A stretch of DNA of 64,000 nucleotides. It comes from a virus. The notes under the pieces were generated by a model, which was given only the letters and a program-made list of their open reading frames with translations, was not told the DNA's origin and did not search any database. A program made the position numbers and the translations under genes. Shown here piece after piece: positions 1 to 9,458 of this stretch. Each line of letters begins with the position of its first letter. Position 1 is the stretch's first letter. The stretch covers positions 114,479 to 178,478 of the IMG/VR virus record IMGVR_UViG_3300042197_002762; one strand, given 5' to 3'.

Positions 1-144
1 AAAAAAGGTGTGAAGACTTCTGTAAAACATTTGTGTGGGCTTTATGATATTCCGTATGATGAAAGTATGGCTCACGATGCTAAATACGATAATATTTTGT
101 GTATTCAAATTTTTCAGAAACAAATAATGACTATTGATATATGA
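1..144 (+). CDS. 3' end of DEDDh 3'-5' exonuclease (DnaQ/epsilon-like), partial
   Basis: Frame 1 reads KKGVKTSVKHLCGLYDIPYDESMAHDAKYDNILCIQIFQKQIMTIDI*, with an ExoIII HxAxxD motif. Its stop overlaps the dnaE start (ATGA). Confidence 0.75.
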   Translation, partial: KKGVKTSVKHLCGLYDIPYDESMAHDAKYDNILCIQIFQKQIMTIDI

Positions 145-2675
145 AATTTTTAGAACAATTTAAAAACATTGAAATGAAGAATGTCAACCTTGTAAGGTTG
201 CCCAATATTTCTTTCACAAAAGAAGAAAAAGGTATCTTGGCCGAGAAAGCTGAAAATAACGAGCAGTTTCTTCAACAGCTTGTAAACGAAGGCTGGAAAA
301 AGTTTCGTGATAAGATTCCAGAAAAGAAAAAGCCAGTTTATCTTGAGCGTATTAAAGAAGAATTTGAGATTGTAAAAGATCTTGGGTTTATTGATTACTA
401 CCTTCTTGTATGGCGTGTTATTAACAAGGCGCGCCAGCTTGGGGCTTTTATTGACTGGGGTCGTGGTTCTGCGGCTGGTAGTTTGATATTCTATTTGATT
501 GGAGTTACAGGTGTAGATCCAATTGATAAGAATCTTTTCTTTACTCGTTTTATTTCTAAAACTCGCGCTAAGAAAGAAGTAATTGATGGGGTAACCTATA
601 TTCAAGGTGATCTAGCTCCAGATGTTGATATTAATTTGGGTGGGGTTCGTGATCAAATTATTGAATGGCTAAAGAAGTGTTATCCGAACAAGGTTTGTAA
701 AATTTCTTCAGTATCAACATTTTCTGGTAAGATTCTTGTAAAAGATGTTTACAAAATTGTTAATGAAGCCAGTGAAGAAGAAGCTAGCCATCTAGCAGAT
801 ACAATTGGCAAACACTTCGGGGTAGTTGAAGACATTGAAGATTCTTATAAAAATAGCGAGAAGTTTCGTGATTGGGCTGATCGTTATCCCGAAACATATC
901 AAATTGCATTGAAGTTGCGCGGTCTTATTCGCGGTAAATCGACACATGCTAGTGGATACTTTATTTCTTATTATCCTCTTGATAAATTTGTTCCTGTAGA
1001 AATTAATAAAGAAGGTGAGCTTGCAATTTCATATGAAATGAATACTGCGGCCAAGTTTGGAATTAAGCTTGACCTTCTTGGGCTTATTAGTAATGAGATT
1101 ATCAAAAATGTATTTGAATTAATTCCTGAAAAATTTGAAGATATTAACCTTGATGACAATGAGGAAGTTTATACTCATCTTCAACGCGATGATTTAATGC
1201 CTTATGGTCTTTATCAAATTAGTGCCGATTGCGCTTATCGTGTTTGTAAAAATATTCGACCAGCAAATATTGCACATTTGAGTGACGTAAATGCTATCGC
1301 TCGACCTGGAGCTTTAGCGTATGAAAAAGATTATATTAATTTTACGGGAGAAGCCCCGCATGAAAAACTTGCCCCAGTATTTGCGGAAACACGTAACCTT
1401 CCACTTTATCAAGAGCAATTAATTCAAGCTCTTGTTACAGTTGGTTTTACTCCAGATGAATCTGAATATATTCGACGGATTATTGGTAAAAAGAAACGTG
1501 ATGAAATGCCAAAATGGAAAGATAAAGTATTCGAAATTTGTGAACAAAATAAATTTGGTGAGCAAGTTGCAGAAGCTATATGGAAAGTCATGTTGGATTC
1601 TGCTGACTATTCATTTAATAAATCACACTCATATTGTGTGGCATACCTTGGGGCATTGACAGTTTATCTTAAGTATAAATATCCGCTTCAATTCTTTACC
1701 GCTTGCTTGAATGCTATTCAGAAGCTTCCTGACCCAATGGATGAGATTAGACAGATAGAGCGAGAGCTACCGCATTTTAATATAAAATTGCTTCCGCCGC
1801 ATTTGTTGAAATCAGACGTGGGATTCACTGTAGAAGATGAAAATATTAGATATGGACTAAGCGCTATTAAAGGTGTCTCAGATAGTTCTATTGAAAAACT
1901 TGTTAAATTCCGTGGTGAATATGACAATAAAATTGATTGTTTTATGGCCGCTAAACAAGCTGGTTTAAATATTGGAATTGTTTCTGCCTTAATTCAAGCT
2001 GGAGCTTTAGATGACCTTGGTTCATCAAGACCACATTTAGTATTGCAAGCACAAGCATTTAATCTTCTTACTGATAAAGAAAAGCGTTTAGTTAAAACTT
2101 TGCATGACGAAGGAGAAGTAAAAAATATTCTCAGTATTATCCAATTACTTGTTGATAAAAAACAAATCAAACAAACGCGATTTGAAACATTTAAGAAAAA
2201 GTACATGCCCTATCGACAGATATTTGAATTGAATACTCGTAACGAAGCACTTACTAATTATTTTTATGAGAAAAATTGTTTGGGATTTAGCTATACACAA
2301 AATTTAACAGACATCTTTAAACAGGGGAATGGTAATTTTATTACTATCAAAGACGCATTTGAAACTAAAGAAGATAATGATAGAGTCTTAATTATTGGCG
2401 AAATTGTTGAAACACCAAGACAATCTAAATCTAGAAATGGTAATAAATTTTTCAAAGCTACCGTTGCAGACGATACGGGCAAAGTTTCCGTATTACTTTT
2501 TGATGGCCGCTTTGGGCTTTTTGAAGATTGCAAAGATAAAAATGGTGGAGCTTTTCCAGAAGAAGGAGATATTGTTATAGCTAATGGTCGCTTAAAAGGA
2601 ACAGACGCTATTTTTGCAGATGATATTGTAAAACAAGATTGTAAAATATACAAGAATATGCGAGATTTGAAGTAA
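141..2675 (+). CDS. dnaE: DNA polymerase III alpha subunit lacking the N-terminal PHP domain
   Basis: GRGSAAGS, PDVDI, STHASG, KLDLLGL, RPG, YQEQ, FNKSH, IRYGLSAIKG motifs and a C-terminal OB fold. 844 aa, starting just before the palm region. Confidence 0.95.
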   Translation: MKFLEQFKNIEMKNVNLVRLPNISFTKEEKGILAEKAENNEQFLQQLVNEGWKKFRDKIPEKKKPVYLERIKEEFEIVKDLGFIDYYLLVWRVINKARQLGAFIDWGRGSAAGSLIFYLIGVTGVDPIDKNLFFTRFISKTRAKKEVIDGVTYIQGDLAPDVDINLGGVRDQIIEWLKKCYPNKVCKISSVSTFSGKILVKDVYKIVNEASEEEASHLADTIGKHFGVVEDIEDSYKNSEKFRDWADRYPETYQIALKLRGLIRGKSTHASGYFISYYPLDKFVPVEINKEGELAISYEMNTAAKFGIKLDLLGLISNEIIKNVFELIPEKFEDINLDDNEEVYTHLQRDDLMPYGLYQISADCAYRVCKNIRPANIAHLSDVNAIARPGALAYEKDYINFTGEAPHEKLAPVFAETRNLPLYQEQLIQALVTVGFTPDESEYIRRIIGKKKRDEMPKWKDKVFEICEQNKFGEQVAEAIWKVMLDSADYSFNKSHSYCVAYLGALTVYLKYKYPLQFFTACLNAIQKLPDPMDEIRQIERELPHFNIKLLPPHLLKSDVGFTVEDENIRYGLSAIKGVSDSSIEKLVKFRGEYDNKIDCFMAAKQAGLNIGIVSALIQAGALDDLGSSRPHLVLQAQAFNLLTDKEKRLVKTLHDEGEVKNILSIIQLLVDKKQIKQTRFETFKKKYMPYRQIFELNTRNEALTNYFYEKNCLGFSYTQNLTDIFKQGNGNFITIKDAFETKEDNDRVLIIGEIVETPRQSKSRNGNKFFKATVADDTGKVSVLLFDGRFGLFEDCKDKNGGAFPEEGDIVIANGRLKGTDAIFADDIVKQDCKIYKNMRDLK

Positions 2676-2691
2676 ATTATCAAATTCTTAG

Positions 2692-2697
2692 GTGTAA
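2692..2697 (+). promoter_or_regulatory. GTGTAA putative late-promoter motif (representative copy)
   Basis: The same hexamer lies 6-26 nt upstream of about 15 genes on either strand, and also upstream of two RNA genes (see findings). Confidence 0.65.
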
Positions 2698-2707
2698 ATT
2701 ATATATT

Positions 2708-3589
2708 ATGCCAATTCCAAATCCAAAAAAGTCAGAAAAACAAGGTGATTTTGTTTCGCGTTGTATGGGAGATGAGACAATGAATAAAGAGTTTCCTGAT
2801 CAAAAACAACGTGCCGCTGTTTGTTATTCTCAATTTAAAAAAGCGAATGCTACGCTTGATGCTTCTGAAAGTTTGGAAGAATATAAAAATGATTTTTATG
2901 AAATGTCTGTTGGTTCTATCAATTCAATTAAAAAACATGCAGAAAATATTTTAGAATCTTTAAATGATCCAATGGTTAAAGATAACTTAACTGAATCTTG
3001 GTTACAGGGTAAAATTGCGATTACAGAAGATTACATGCTTACTATTCATAATTATGTGATGTTTGTGCAAGAAAACGATGATGAAACAGAAGAGTCCGAA
3101 GTAGATGCAGCAGCAGAAGACCTTACTGTTGATAATCTTTATATTCCAGGGCCTAATGAATATGTAACAGCAGAAGAAGTTGCTTTTGATGAAGCGGATA
3201 TTCTTGAATACGATATTGCTAAAGCAAGACCTGGGCTATGGGAAAATATTAGACGTAAAAAACAAAGAGAGGGTAAAAATTATAAACCAGCAAAACCTGG
3301 AGACAAAGATCGTCCATCAAAAGAAGCTTGGAAAAAAGCGCAGGGTTCGGAATATCAAGGTAGAAAAGTAACTCTTAATAAACCCTTTAGAACCCCAGGC
3401 GGTCCTAAAAAATTTGCTGTATATGTTAAGAATCAAAGTGGCAATGTTGTTATTGTAAGATTCGGTGATCCGAATATGAAAATAAAGAAAAACATTCCTT
3501 CTCGTAGGAAAAGTTTTCGCGCCCGACACAATTGCTCAAATCCTGGTCCAAAATGGAAAGCCAGATATTGGGCATGCAAAAGTTGGTAA
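2708..3589 (+). CDS. Mosaic phage protein of short basic modules separated by acidic linkers
   Basis: Modules MPIP..FVSRCM..QRAAVCYSQ, RPGLWENIRRKK and RRKSFRARHNC..KARYWACKSW. Preceded by GTGTAA. Confidence 0.6.
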   Translation: MPIPNPKKSEKQGDFVSRCMGDETMNKEFPDQKQRAAVCYSQFKKANATLDASESLEEYKNDFYEMSVGSINSIKKHAENILESLNDPMVKDNLTESWLQGKIAITEDYMLTIHNYVMFVQENDDETEESEVDAAAEDLTVDNLYIPGPNEYVTAEEVAFDEADILEYDIAKARPGLWENIRRKKQREGKNYKPAKPGDKDRPSKEAWKKAQGSEYQGRKVTLNKPFRTPGGPKKFAVYVKNQSGNVVIVRFGDPNMKIKKNIPSRRKSFRARHNCSNPGPKWKARYWACKSW

Positions 3590-3595
3590 ATCTTA

Positions 3596-3624
3596 TTGAC
3601 TCATAAATAAAAAAGTTCTATCAT
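3596..3624 (+). promoter_or_regulatory. sigma70-like promoter
   Basis: TTGACT-N17-TATCAT upstream of ORF 3634. Confidence 0.7.
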
Positions 3625-3633
3625 ATTGATTAT

Positions 3634-3921
3634 ATGATAGTAACATGGACAGTCGAAGGCGTTGATTGGGCAAAAAAAATCAAAGCTCATATTGATACAG
3701 ACCCTTCTGAGATTGCCACTCGTGGTGTCGAAATGGCTTTAGAATCATTAAAAACAGAAGAAGATTCTATTCAATTTGGCGCAATCTTAAGAGTCTTTCA
3801 TAATAAAATGGAAGATGAAGGAGAACATTGGATTATGTATGCTCCTAAAATTTTAGCCAATGCTGGTTATTATAAAGATGCAGAAGAGCTTCGAGAAGCT
3901 GCGGAAAAAGAATATTTGTGA
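3634..3921 (+). CDS. hypothetical protein
   Basis: 95-aa ORF behind the promoter, overlapping the next gene start. Confidence 0.6.
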   Translation: MIVTWTVEGVDWAKKIKAHIDTDPSEIATRGVEMALESLKTEEDSIQFGAILRVFHNKMEDEGEHWIMYAPKILANAGYYKDAEELREAAEKEYL

Positions 3922-5156
3922 ATCAAAATCTAACATATCAAGAATATAGAAATATTTTAGAGTCTCTTCTTGAGCATCATGGAATATTTTATCAATTTTG
4001 GCGTTTGATAAAACCAGTCTATAGCGCATCTGTTCCAACTGCCTGTGTGGGATTTAATAAAGAAGGTAATTGTATTGAATTTTTAATTAATAAAAAATTT
4101 TGGGATAAACAAAGCGACCACAATAAAAAGTTTATTATTGCACATGAATGTTTACATGTGATTAATTCTCATGGAAAACGTGCTGGAAAAAAAATGTCTA
4201 ATCTTGCAAATCAAGCAATGGACATTGTTGTTAACGAAAGTCTTGTCAAATATTTTAAATTTGATCGTAAAGAAATAGATCCTAAAACAGAATATTATTG
4301 GATGAATAATTCATTTGATAATGATCCCAATATTCTACCTTGGAATAATTTTGAATATTATTATAACCGTCTTTTAAAAGACGCGAAATTTGTAAAGAAT
4401 AAACAACTTATTAATGACCATAGCGGTCTTGGGGATTTTCCTGAACAATCTGTTCAAGAAATAATTAATAATCTTTCCGAAGAAGATGCGGAAAGTCTCA
4501 AAAATATTTCTGAAGATGCCGAAAAAAATGCGCGTAAAAATGATGATAAAAATATTGGTAACGTGCGTGGCGGACTAGTTCAGAAAATTGAAAATAAACC
4601 AGTTCAATATAAAAAGAAATGGGAAAATATTATTCGACGTTTTGAAAAAAAAATGTCAAAAGATGAGGGGTTAGAGTCTCATTGGATAATGAAAGATCGT
4701 CGTCTTTATAATTTAAATTTTAATATCTTTTTGCCTTCTGACATAGAACAGACTTTAAGAAAAACAGAAAGTGAAAAAGTATCAACTTGGTTTTTTATGG
4801 ACACAAGTGGTTCATGTTGGGGATTAGCCCCACGTTTTTTTCAAGCTGCAAAAAGTCTTGATCCAGAAAAATTTGATGTTAAATATTTTGCTTTTGATAC
4901 AGAAGTTTATGAAGTAGACTTAAAAAAACAAAAACTTGATGGAGGCGGTGGTACAAGTTTTCGTTGTATTACAGATTATATTTATAATAATAAAAAAGTT
5001 AAACCTTTTGTATGGGTTCTTACTGATGGCTGGGGATATGGAGCCAAAATTCCCGAAGATCAAAGAAAAAAATGGAACTGGTTTTTGACAAATGATGGAA
5101 CGACAGCTTATATCCCACAGGGCTGCAAGATTCATGAATTAAAAAATTTTGAATAA
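3918..5156 (+). CDS. Metallopeptidase-like (HExxH) + vWA domain protein
   Basis: IAHECLH motif, MIDAS DTSGS, GGGTSF and LTDG motifs. Confidence 0.85.
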   Translation: MNQNLTYQEYRNILESLLEHHGIFYQFWRLIKPVYSASVPTACVGFNKEGNCIEFLINKKFWDKQSDHNKKFIIAHECLHVINSHGKRAGKKMSNLANQAMDIVVNESLVKYFKFDRKEIDPKTEYYWMNNSFDNDPNILPWNNFEYYYNRLLKDAKFVKNKQLINDHSGLGDFPEQSVQEIINNLSEEDAESLKNISEDAEKNARKNDDKNIGNVRGGLVQKIENKPVQYKKKWENIIRRFEKKMSKDEGLESHWIMKDRRLYNLNFNIFLPSDIEQTLRKTESEKVSTWFFMDTSGSCWGLAPRFFQAAKSLDPEKFDVKYFAFDTEVYEVDLKKQKLDGGGGTSFRCITDYIYNNKKVKPFVWVLTDGWGYGAKIPEDQRKKWNWFLTNDGTTAYIPQGCKIHELKNFE

Positions 5157-5182
5157 TTAAACAACAATATATAATATATAAT

Positions 5183-5620
5183 ATGAATATTCCTAAAGAA
5201 AAAGAAGCTTATTTTCAAAAAATCGCTCTTAATCTGATTAGAGTCTCCGATGACTTTAAATCAATTTTACAGTCTGAATTTCCTAATATTTATGCAGATA
5301 TTCAGAGTGCGGCTACAAATCCAAATTGTGGATGTGTAAACAAAGTCGAAGCAGAACTTTTAAACAATAAAGATAAATCTTTAAATTTGTTAAATAACTT
5401 CTTATCGAATAAAGATAATCTTGAAAAAATTAATGAAGTATTAAGTGTGGATTATGCGGCCTTATCTCCAAAGCCATATTCTGGAAGGATGTTTGTCATT
5501 GAAAATACTGAAGAAAAATTTAAAGAATTCATGGATAGTATAAATAAAGATCGTGCTGTTTTTAGAAATTTTTCTACAGCGATATCTCCAGAAGGTAAAT
5601 TACATGTTTACTTTTTATAA
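5183..5620 (+). CDS. hypothetical protein with CxC motif
   Basis: 145-aa ORF containing NPNCGC. Confidence 0.55.
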   Translation: MNIPKEKEAYFQKIALNLIRVSDDFKSILQSEFPNIYADIQSAATNPNCGCVNKVEAELLNNKDKSLNLLNNFLSNKDNLEKINEVLSVDYAALSPKPYSGRMFVIENTEEKFKEFMDSINKDRAVFRNFSTAISPEGKLHVYFL

Positions 5621-5626
5621 AAAAAT

Positions 5627-5920
5627 ATGCATTTATTTGATTTATTATATTATATTTGTATAAGTCTAAGTTTCTCCTATATGTGGAGTTTTGCAGATAT
5701 TTTTGCTCCAGTTCGAAACTTTGTTGCTAAAATTCCATACGTAAGAAGACCACTATTATGTCCAGAATGCAGTAGTTTTTGGGTAGGTCTATTTGTGTCA
5801 TTTTTATATAATCCTATTGTTTTAGATTTAAATTTATTTATTTTAACAAATATTTGTTGTGGGTTAGTCACCCATTTATTTGCCTGTATTTTGTACAAGT
5901 CTGTACATAAATTCTTATAA
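5627..5920 (+). CDS. small membrane protein (DUF1360-like)
   Basis: Hydrophobic segments and LLCPECSSFWVG motif. Confidence 0.55.
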   Translation: MHLFDLLYYICISLSFSYMWSFADIFAPVRNFVAKIPYVRRPLLCPECSSFWVGLFVSFLYNPIVLDLNLFILTNICCGLVTHLFACILYKSVHKFL

Positions 5921-5929
5921 AAAAGTTTC

Positions 5930-5958
5930 TTGCTTTATTTATAAAATAGTCATACCAT
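5930..5958 (+). promoter_or_regulatory. sigma70-like promoter, leaderless
   Basis: TTGCTT-N17-TACCAT, then 6 nt to the ATG at 5965. Confidence 0.6.
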
Positions 5959-5964
5959 TAATGC

Positions 5965-6996
5965 ATGGCTCAAGATATTAATACAATTAAAAATAAATTA
6001 GACCAATATTTTAAAATTGGTAAAAATGTATTACTTGAGGGGCGTCATGGAACAGGTAAAACAAGTCTTGTTACAGAAATATTTGACAAAAATTGTAAAA
6101 ATTGGCTTTATTTTTCTGGATCGACTCTTGATCCATGGGTAGATTTTGTTGGAGTCCCTAAAGAAATTAAAAAAGGTAATGATTATGTTCTTTCATTTGT
6201 TCTTCCAGAAAAAATGGCAGATGATAAAGTAGAAGCTATTTTTATTGATGAATATAATCGTAGCCATAAAAAAATTCGCAATGCTACAATGGAACTTGTA
6301 CAGTTTAAAAGTATCAATGGACGTAAGTTTCCAAATCTAAAAGTAGTCTGGGCGGCTATTAATCCAAGTGATGATGAAGAAGAGTATGATGTGGAAGAAT
6401 TAGACGGTGCCCAAACTGATCGTTTCCAGATTAGAATTAAAGTTCCGTTCATTCCTGACATCGAGTATTTCCAAAATAAATTTGGAAATGATTGGGCTAA
6501 ATCTGCTCTAGAATGGTGGAATGGTATGCCCGATAAAGCTAAGAAGTTAGTATCCCCTCGTAGACTTGATTACGCTCTTGAAATTCATAAAGAAGGTGGA
6601 GATGTCTTCGATGTATTACCGATAGAAACAAACCCTACTAAATTAATTGCTACGCTTAAACTTGGTAGTCTTGAAGATAAAATTAAAAGCCTTTTTAAAC
6701 TAAAAGATGCAAAGAAAGCTCAAAAGTTTTTTGAAGACGAAAATAACTTTCAAGCGGCACTACCGATTATTAAAAGAAAAGCTGATTATATGAAGTTCTT
6801 TCTACCCACGATTGATAATGAGCGTATTACTTCATTGTTTTTTAGTGATGATCATTTTAAAACATTTATTCTTGATCATGCGCCATATTTTAAACCTGCA
6901 TTAGAAGAAATTTCTAAATTAAAGTCGGTTAATAAAGATGACATCCGAATGATTAATCATGCACTTAAACAAGTTGGAAATATAACTTATTTTTAA
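5965..6996 (+). CDS. MoxR/dynein-related AAA+ ATPase, probable partner of the vWA protein
   Basis: Walker A GRHGTGKT, Walker B IFIDEYNR, AAINP, DRF and SPRR motifs. Confidence 0.85.
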   Translation: MAQDINTIKNKLDQYFKIGKNVLLEGRHGTGKTSLVTEIFDKNCKNWLYFSGSTLDPWVDFVGVPKEIKKGNDYVLSFVLPEKMADDKVEAIFIDEYNRSHKKIRNATMELVQFKSINGRKFPNLKVVWAAINPSDDEEEYDVEELDGAQTDRFQIRIKVPFIPDIEYFQNKFGNDWAKSALEWWNGMPDKAKKLVSPRRLDYALEIHKEGGDVFDVLPIETNPTKLIATLKLGSLEDKIKSLFKLKDAKKAQKFFEDENNFQAALPIIKRKADYMKFFLPTIDNERITSLFFSDDHFKTFILDHAPYFKPALEEISKLKSVNKDDIRMINHALKQVGNITYF

Positions 6997-6998
6997 TA

Positions 6999-7565
6999 TC
7001 AAAAACAACCGCATTCAGAAGGTTCTCCACAAGTACATTGTATACGCCCACTATATATATCAGTAGTTATTTCTTTTACGTAATAGACTCTTCTATTTCT
7101 CTCTACCGTAATAGGGCCAACAAGTTCTCTTATATATGGAGGAGCCCCAGCAGTTCCTGGATATAATGGGTTACGCCTTGCCCCATACCAATAAAAATCA
7201 ACACTTAAAGTGTCAATATGAGAAAAAGTCTCTTCTCTTTCGATTTTTGGTCCACTAGCATGGCTAACGTTAGTAGCCGCAGATACACATGCATATGGTT
7301 CTGAATAACTAATATTACAATCTGGAGATAATGATTGAGTTTGTTCTTTATCCCAATCGGGAGGGTTTACATAAGCATCCGCTGTTTCAAAACTTTCGTA
7401 CTCCGGCCAAACATTAACTGGATCTGGTGGCCAAAAAGTATATATTGGGCGATAGATTATTTCTATTGGATCGCAAGTCACTGTTTCCGCCCAGGCAAAG
7501 GCAATAATGCAATTATTACATTCTTCTTCGCTACTTTGCTGTTTAACTGTATTTGTAGTTCCCAT
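6999..7565 (-). CDS. Cys/Pro-rich protein, paralog of 18425-18958
   Basis: Shares PxWDKxQ, SVDFYW and CTCGxPxxCGC(F/Y) with the paralog. Confidence 0.7.
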   Translation of the reverse strand: MGTTNTVKQQSSEEECNNCIIAFAWAETVTCDPIEIIYRPIYTFWPPDPVNVWPEYESFETADAYVNPPDWDKEQTQSLSPDCNISYSEPYACVSAATNVSHASGPKIEREETFSHIDTLSVDFYWYGARRNPLYPGTAGAPPYIRELVGPITVERNRRVYYVKEITTDIYSGRIQCTCGEPSECGCF

Positions 7566-7569
7566 AATA

Positions 7570-7782
7570 TTAATAATAAAATAATTCTCTATTAAATGCC
7601 CAACCAGTCAACATAAAAAGCCCCATTTGTAAAAATGAGGCCCAACAAAGGGGTGGATCTAATTTAAAACCAAAACCCATACGAGCAGAAAAAAGACAAA
7701 AAGAAACCGTTAATAATATCATGGCAACAACTAGCATTGAATTAACCATTATTTTAATTGTTTTTTTAGTTTGCTTTTTCAT
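7570..7782 (-). CDS. small two-TM membrane protein
   Basis: Two hydrophobic segments; overlaps the upstream gene in the same operon. Confidence 0.5.
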   Translation of the reverse strand: MKKQTKKTIKIMVNSMLVVAMILLTVSFCLFSARMGFGFKLDPPLCWASFLQMGLFMLTGWAFNRELFYY

Positions 7783-8107
7783 TTCGCCTTGATTCCAAAA
7801 TAGCCACCATTTGTTCTAATTGTCTTAATCTTATTTCAATAAGTTCTAATGTTTTTGTTTGAGAAATGTCTACTTGATTTTTGATTTCTAACTGTCCAAG
7901 AATAAGTTCGATTCTTTGAACTTTTTCAGAGGTTTTAGAATATTCTGATTTTGTAATAAAATTATTTTGTAAATATAAACTAGCAACCATAAAAGCTAAA
8001 ATTGCTAATTTCCATATATTATCAAAAGAAAAAAAATCTGATAAATGAATGGGCTTTGGGTTATTGTGAGCAATAATTTTTTTTGTATTTTTATTAGAAG
8101 TAAGCAT
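7766..8107 (-). CDS. TM + coiled-coil protein
   Basis: LAILAFMVASLYL helix followed by heptad pattern; GTGTAA motif upstream (8134-8139). Confidence 0.6.
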   Translation of the reverse strand: MLTSNKNTKKIIAHNNPKPIHLSDFFSFDNIWKLAILAFMVASLYLQNNFITKSEYSKTSEKVQRIELILGQLEIKNQVDISQTKTLELIEIRLRQLEQMVAILESRRNEKAN

Positions 8108-8141
8108 AATAAAGATATAGTATATTATATATTACACATAA

Positions 8142-8801
8142 ATGGCTTATATTAATACAGATATTCCTATATTTTCAGCTTATTTAGATACAAGTTTTCT
8201 GTATGATAAAGCGCCACGCTCTACAAATGAGTATATAATTGTTGAAGTTTTCGGATTTACTTCTTTAAATCGCCGTTGCGCCTTGTTTTCTGTAATGACG
8301 GACATGGGCAGTATTCATGCCCGTGTTCCAATACATTATTTAACAGATATACTGCCAGAAGAAGGGCTTACAAATTTTCCTCTGGATTGGCTTGAATTAT
8401 GGGATTGTTATTCTCCTTATGTGACTGTTAATAGGTATGAGTATCTTAAGAATAGCGCTTGTAAAATTTTATTAAAAAATAAAGAATGGCATGATGCTAC
8501 ATACCTAATGACTTTTGATTGGGCTTACGGACCACATCATCAAACAGGACAAAGTGAAAATCCAGGGGGGCATAAACAAGGGCATCTTTTAATAGGTAAA
8601 GGTGGTCAATTCTTTTTCCAACCTGGAAATCGCATTGTTTGGCGCGACGGTGGTGCATTCATTGGTAAGGAACTAAAAGGTCATGAAAAATGGAAAGTTT
8701 TTAGTAAAGAATTTTCTTGTGAACAAACTGGTAGTCGCTGGTTTGCTGGTGATGAAGAATTATATTTTTATCAATTTGAGCCTAATAAAGATAAGTCTTG
8801 A
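8142..8801 (+). CDS. conserved phage hypothetical protein
   Basis: 219 aa with ARVPIH and LELWDCYS motifs typical of a widespread phage family (recalled, not searched). Confidence 0.6.
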   Translation: MAYINTDIPIFSAYLDTSFLYDKAPRSTNEYIIVEVFGFTSLNRRCALFSVMTDMGSIHARVPIHYLTDILPEEGLTNFPLDWLELWDCYSPYVTVNRYEYLKNSACKILLKNKEWHDATYLMTFDWAYGPHHQTGQSENPGGHKQGHLLIGKGGQFFFQPGNRIVWRDGGAFIGKELKGHEKWKVFSKEFSCEQTGSRWFAGDEELYFYQFEPNKDKS

Positions 8802-8834
8802 ATATTAATTCAATTAATTATAATATCTTCAACA

Positions 8835-9458
8835 ATGAATAATACTGTTGAACTAATTGGTTATTACGGTTCTGATGAAATAATTGCTTGTTCAGCCTGG
8901 ACTTCCACTTCTCGTAATTTAACAGAAGAAAAACGTGAGAGAATCGAGGGATTGATTAACATGCTTTGGTCGAATGGTCACGAAACCCCATTTGAAAAAG
9001 GTATTGTTCATTTTTTAGTAAATACAGATATTGCTACTCATATTCACCTCCTTAAACATCGTATTTCAAGTATTAATGCTGAATCAGCACGTTATAAAGA
9101 ACTAAAAGAGGATAAATATTATGTGCCCGATGACTGGCCTTTTGAATGGATTGAAAAATTAGAGAATTATACAGGACAAGGTCTAAAATTATACCATGAA
9201 TGTATTGATAACCTTACTAAACATTATGGTATAGACCGTAAACGCGCAAAAGAAACTGCACGATTTTTTCGTGGATATAATACACAAATCGAAGCTGATA
9301 TTATGTTTAATATGCGTAGTTTTGCTAATTTTTTAAAATTGCGCGATAGCGAACACGCTCAGAAAGAAATATGTGATATTGCCCAACAAATGGCGCAAGC
9401 TGTTAAGTCTATAGAAAATAGACCTTTTAAATTTACTTTAAAAGCTTTTGGGTATTAA
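8835..9458 (+). CDS. thyX: FAD-dependent thymidylate synthase
   Basis: GHETPFE, xHRx7SxRY (KHRISSINAESARY), ETARFF and HAQKEI motifs. Confidence 0.92.
   Translation: MNNTVELIGYYGSDEIIACSAWTSTSRNLTEEKRERIEGLINMLWSNGHETPFEKGIVHFLVNTDIATHIHLLKHRISSINAESARYKELKEDKYYVPDDWPFEWIEKLENYTGQGLKLYHECIDNLTKHYGIDRKRAKETARFFRGYNTQIEADIMFNMRSFANFLKLRDSEHAQKEICDIAQQMAQAVKSIENRPFKFTLKAFGY

Noticed and set aside
141-2675. Intein or intron in dnaE
   Set aside because: The motifs are contiguous, with no C/S..HN-C/S/T splice signature.
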